Below, in pieces: positions 60,074-64,000 of a stretch of DNA of 64,000 nucleotides. The notes beneath the pieces were generated by a model, which saw nothing but the letters and a program-made list of their open reading frames with translations, did no database searches and was not told where the DNA came from. The stretch lies in NCBI RefSeq assembly GCF_040869285.1, contig NC_090432.1; one strand, 5' to 3'. The position numbers and the translations under genes are program-made. Source of the DNA: Myxine glutinosa (lineage: Eukaryota). How positions within the stretch are numbered: position 1 is the stretch's first letter; the number at the start of each line of letters is the position of its first letter.

Positions 60074-61126
60074 AGATTAGATTTGGTGCACCGTTACGAT
60101 CCTGAGAGTAAGACGGTCAATGGAGTACCATCACAAAGGTTCACCATCTCTGACTTAGTTCCATCAGCTATTAATCTCTTCTCTAAACTTGAGGAACATT
60201 TTCTTAGAGAACATTTTTCTTCTAACGATTTCAAGGTCGCTATGAAGCGCTCGTTAAGTCAGATGGATGCACATGGTGATGTTCTATGGTGACATCACAA
60301 AACTACTTGAACATTAGCAGAAATGTGTGGACTGCAGTGGTGATTATGTTGTGAAATAAACATGCACCACGGTAGAATAAACATTGATGTTATAGTATCC
60401 ATCTTTGTTTCATGAGAATATATTTATCCGTTTGAGAAAAATAATAGAAGGCATTACTTTTCAACACACCCTCGTAGTTCTAGTGCATTATATTTTGAGT
60501 GGACAATATTGAGCCTCATCAACATCTTTGTGCTTGTTTCAATATCCTTGAATAACTCCGAATACTAATGTGACCGCTAATCTCTTCAACTTTCCAATTA
60601 TGCCAAAATCTATACTATAAGGGAGCTGTGTGTGTGTGTGTTACCATTGTTCTCAGAGATGGCTTAGTGGACCTTTGTCAAACTTTCAGATATTCATCAG
60701 TGAGTGTCGTGGAGTGTCATGGGCAAAACAAAAATGATTTTTTTTTTTTTTTAAACAAAGTTGGATTTATTTGGGGGAATTTTTTTATTTTTTTATTTAA
60801 ATAAATCACTCCATGGTGCCTGTGCCTATGTGAAAGGTAATATTAAATTATCCGATTAGTGTGCGTTTGTGTGTGTGCGTGTGTGCATGTGTGCGCGTGT
60901 AATATAATATTACATATTAAATTTCATTATCCTTTGTGGGTGCAGGGAAGTGTTTTAGGCACCCACAAAAAATAGAAAAAATCCAAATTGACAGAGTTGA
61001 GAAAGGGGGGTTGAGGCTTTGGGGGAGGAGGGTGAGGACTTGGGATTGGGAAGAGAGATTGAGGACTTGAAGAAAAAAGGGTGAGAGATGTGGACCTAGG
61101 GTGAGGACCTAGGACCTATGTTCCTC

Positions 61127-62160
61127 TCTGAAAATCCATTTTAGAATACCTTTACATAGCTTTACATTGTTGGGTTGAAGACTTGGGGTAGAAATGGGTT
61201 GAGGACTTGATGGACACATCTTACATTTTCAGCTTAACAGCTGAATTTCCACGGGTCCTGACATTATGCTGTCAAACTCCCTAAATATTCCACACGCTAT
61301 TGGGAATGAATTCCCTTACAACAGCTCAGTGGAACCCGTTATCTACGACCAAGTTATTTATAAATTGGTGTTAAATGCACTCAATCAATTACAACTGATG
61401 TAATTTTATGTCCGTCATGACACAACGACCAAGTTTTGGTAGCCATCAAGAGAGGAAGGTAATTTTGATGAATGCTGACCATGTAAAACAGGTTGTTGCT
61501 ATGTGAAGGTATTTAAAAAACAAGACCGAAAGTCTAGCAGTGTCGTAGCCGTCCTTGTAAAATATTATAAACCACAAACACATATGATTAGCTTTTTAAA
61601 CAGTCGCTAATGCTGTTCATAACATTAAACAAAGAAATTTGGAGGAATCCCGACATCCGTGGGGTAAGTTTTACTCACAGAACTGAGGGAAGATCTACTG
61701 TAGTTCGGTACAAGCGTTGGGTACGCACCGTTTTGTTGGAAGAGACGTAACGCCGATGCTTTCGATATTTGATGGTCATTTTAACAATCGGTTTGTTTGT
61801 GTTTCACACTGAATGAAAAACGTAAAGGTAGAGCATGGCGATTGTGATATATGACAGGTTCGACGATATGTTCGGCATGAACGGCATATAAATCAAAATG
61901 GCGGTGTGTGAAGTCAGCCGCCGTACCGCCGTAATGGCATCAGACGTAATCACATCACCCTGTCATGTGACCAGATCCTCAGCTCTGATTGGTATACGTT
62001 TGAGGGGACATACATACAGACGGACAAACACTGTTCTGGACGGCTTTGCCCTATTATATGGGCTACACCGTAAAAAAGAAAAAAGAAAAAAAAAAAACTT
62101 TAAATTGATTTTTTCTTTTTTTGCGATGTGAAGGTATTCTAAAATGGATTTTCAGAGGGG
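61127..62160. mobile_element. Candidate about 1-kb non-autonomous element bounded by about 35-bp inverted repeats
   Basis: 61130-61165 (TTCCTCTCTGAAAATCCATTTTAGAATACCTTTACAT) is the reverse complement of 62125-62160 (ATGTGAAGGTATTCTAAAATGGATTTTCAGAGGGGAA). Confidence 0.3.
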
Positions 62161-62360
62161 AATTTTAAGTGACCGTTGAGAACATGTGACCATTCTGAAG
62201 CGGTGCCTGCTAAAGCAGGTTTTAATTTTTTTGGACCATATTGAGATTACATGCTCGTACAGTTTATCATTTTAGTTTAAGGATTTGCAAAAAAAAAAAA
62301 AAAAAAAAAACCTTTGTAAAAACATGATCATTGTTACTGTGTTTTGCCCAGTATCAATAC

Positions 62361-62523
62361 CTGTCTCGGTGTTGAAGATATACACATCTCCGGTGTGGTA
62401 GCCACATGCCAACCACCCCCCATCATCCTTCACCGACATGCACAAGACACGACTACACCGAGTCTGCTTACCACCTCCAAACTCCATCACAGGACGGCCA
62501 AGCCCACCTGACCACACAGTTAC
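62361..62523 (-). CDS. WD40-repeat gene coding exon (most 5' found)
   Basis: The acceptor is tgtttgcag and the donor is CAG|gtattg. The exon encodes VTVWSGGLGRPVMEFGGGKQTRCSRVLCMSVKDDGGWLACGYHTGDVYIFNTET. Confidence 0.5.
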
Positions 62524-63115
62524 CTGCAAACACACTCGTGAATGGACAAATCACAAACCATTTCTGAACAAGCAGGTGGGGAGGGAGAGGGAAAATGCCA
62601 CAACAGCAATAATAATTCATGGTTACATCCCACATCAGAATCAATTTTCCTCTATTGCACTTCATTTGCAAGCAAAGTCTCAAATCAATTTACAAAGAAG
62701 ACAAAGGTAAGAAAATAAAATATCATTGCCTTTACCACCCTTACATGACTGTTAATAGTGAGTCGGGTGAGGGCTGTAAAACGTCGAAGCAGTCATTTTG
62801 CGGATGGCTGGCTTCATGTCAATTTGGAGACAATAGCACACTCAAGCACTCTTCTTCAGAGCATGACCTAACCCACGATGGATAGCAGGACTTTAATGTA
62901 ATTTAGATCCCTAAAGGAGAAGCTAATTATTCTGAAACGAGTGACACATGGTCGGTGGACAAGGCAGAGCAGGTACACACAACTTACAAAATAAAGGGAT
63001 TCATTTAATACAAGACTGAAGCATGAGCCATTTACAGACAGATCTAGACGAAGTCAGATCCAATGTGTGTGTGTGTATGTATGTGTGTGTATGTGTATAT
63101 ATATATATATATATA

Positions 63116-64000
63116 TATACAGTGGGGAGAACAAGTATTTGATACACTGCCGATTTTGCAGGTTTTCCCACTTACAAAGCACGTAAAGGTCTGTAATTTT
63201 TATCATAGGTACACTTCAACTGTGGAAGACGGAATCTAAAACAAAAATCCTGAAAATCACATTGTATGATTTTTAAGTAATTAATTTGCATTTTATTGCA
63301 TGAAATAAGTATTTGATCACCTACCAACCAGTAAGAATTCCAGCTCTCACAGACCTGTTAGTTTTTTCTTTAAGAAGCCCTCCCATTCTCCACTCATTAC
63401 CTGTATTAACTGCACCTGTTTGAACTCGTTATCTGCATAAAAGACGTCTCCAGACCGTCTCCGACCACAAAGACCGCAAAGACCGACCGCAAAGCCGTCT
63501 CCAGACCTGTCCACACTCAATCAGACTCCAACCTCTCCACAATGGGCAAGACCAGAGAGCTGTCTAAGGACATCAGGGACAAATTTGTAGACTTGCACAA
63601 GGCTGGGATGGGCTACAGGACAATAGGCAAGCAGCTCGGTGAGAAGGCAACAACTGTTGGCGCAATTATTAGAAAATGGAAGAAGTTCAAGATGACAGTC
63701 AATCTCCCTCGGTCTGGGGCTCCATGCAAGATCTCACCTCGTGGAGCCTCAATGATCATGAGAAAGGTGAGGGATCAGCCCAGAACTACACGGCAGGACC
63801 TGGTCAATGACCTGAAGAGAGCTGGGACCACAGTATCAAAGAAAACCATAAGTAACACACTACGCCGTCATGGATTAAAATCCTGCAGCGCACGCAAGGT
63901 CCCTCTGCTCAAGCCAGCGCATGTCCAGGCCCGTCTGAAGTTTGCCAATGACCATCTGGATGATCCAGAGGAGGAATGGGAGAAGGTCATGTGGTCTGAT
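63116..64000 (+). mobile_element. Tc1-like transposon family B (teleost type, CAGTGGGGAGAACAAGTATTTGATACAC IR), truncated by the window end
   Basis: The IR lies at 63118 after a (TA)n run. The about 420-bp leader contains a subterminal inverted motif (CAAATACTTATTTCATGCAATAAAATGCAAATTAATTAC). Confidence 0.8.
63542..64000 (+). CDS. Tc1 family-B transposase, N-terminal 153 aa (open to window end)
   Basis: [153 protein letters not shown], a paired-like HTH. It is absent from the ORF track because no stop codon falls in the window. Confidence 0.8.
   Translation, partial: MGKTRELSKDIRDKFVDLHKAGMGYRTIGKQLGEKATTVGAIIRKWKKFKMTVNLPRSGAPCKISPRGASMIMRKVRDQPRTTRQDLVNDLKRAGTTVSKKTISNTLRRHGLKSCSARKVPLLKPAHVQARLKFANDHLDDPEEEWEKVMWSD

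Overview
This window is eukaryotic, most likely teleost fish, and not prokaryotic. The evidence is spliced multi-exon genes with GT-AG introns, tRNA-derived SINEs, Tc1/mariner elements with IR/DR ends, an L2-like LINE tail of the form AAAGCGCTATATAAA...(ATT)n, and an endogenous retrovirus. No operons, CRISPR arrays or defence-island organisation are present.

Two host genes are transcribed convergently. (1) The 3' two-thirds of a PHAF1/UPF0183 (human C16orf70) orthologue lie on the + strand as 11 coding exons between 644 and 30586, with the stop at 30584-30586. Two of its introns are very large and filled with transposable elements. (2) A WD40-repeat gene with a long poly-Glu exon lies on the - strand, with at least 10 exons between 42979 and 62523.

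The remaining sequence is mostly interspersed repeats. They include a full-length RTE-clade LINE (endonuclease, reverse transcriptase and a PHD-like Cys cluster) inserted inside a Tc1 element with a 10-bp target-site duplication; a tRNA-derived SINE family (six copies) whose 3' tail matches that LINE's 3' end; CR1/jockey-like and L2-like LINE fragments; two Tc1 families; an internally deleted endogenous retrovirus with identical 724-bp LTRs and a tRNA-Leu(CAA) primer-binding site; two TIR-bounded elements of unrecognised family, one carrying an intact 447-aa ORF; and many micro- and minisatellites, including a 1.4-kb 26-bp minisatellite and a roughly 700-bp GGGAGG-type purine tract.

There is no prokaryotic-style novel system here. 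The most interesting candidate is the TIR-flanked 2.2-kb element with the intact unknown ORF at 37382-39624. All coordinates are approximate to within a few bp.
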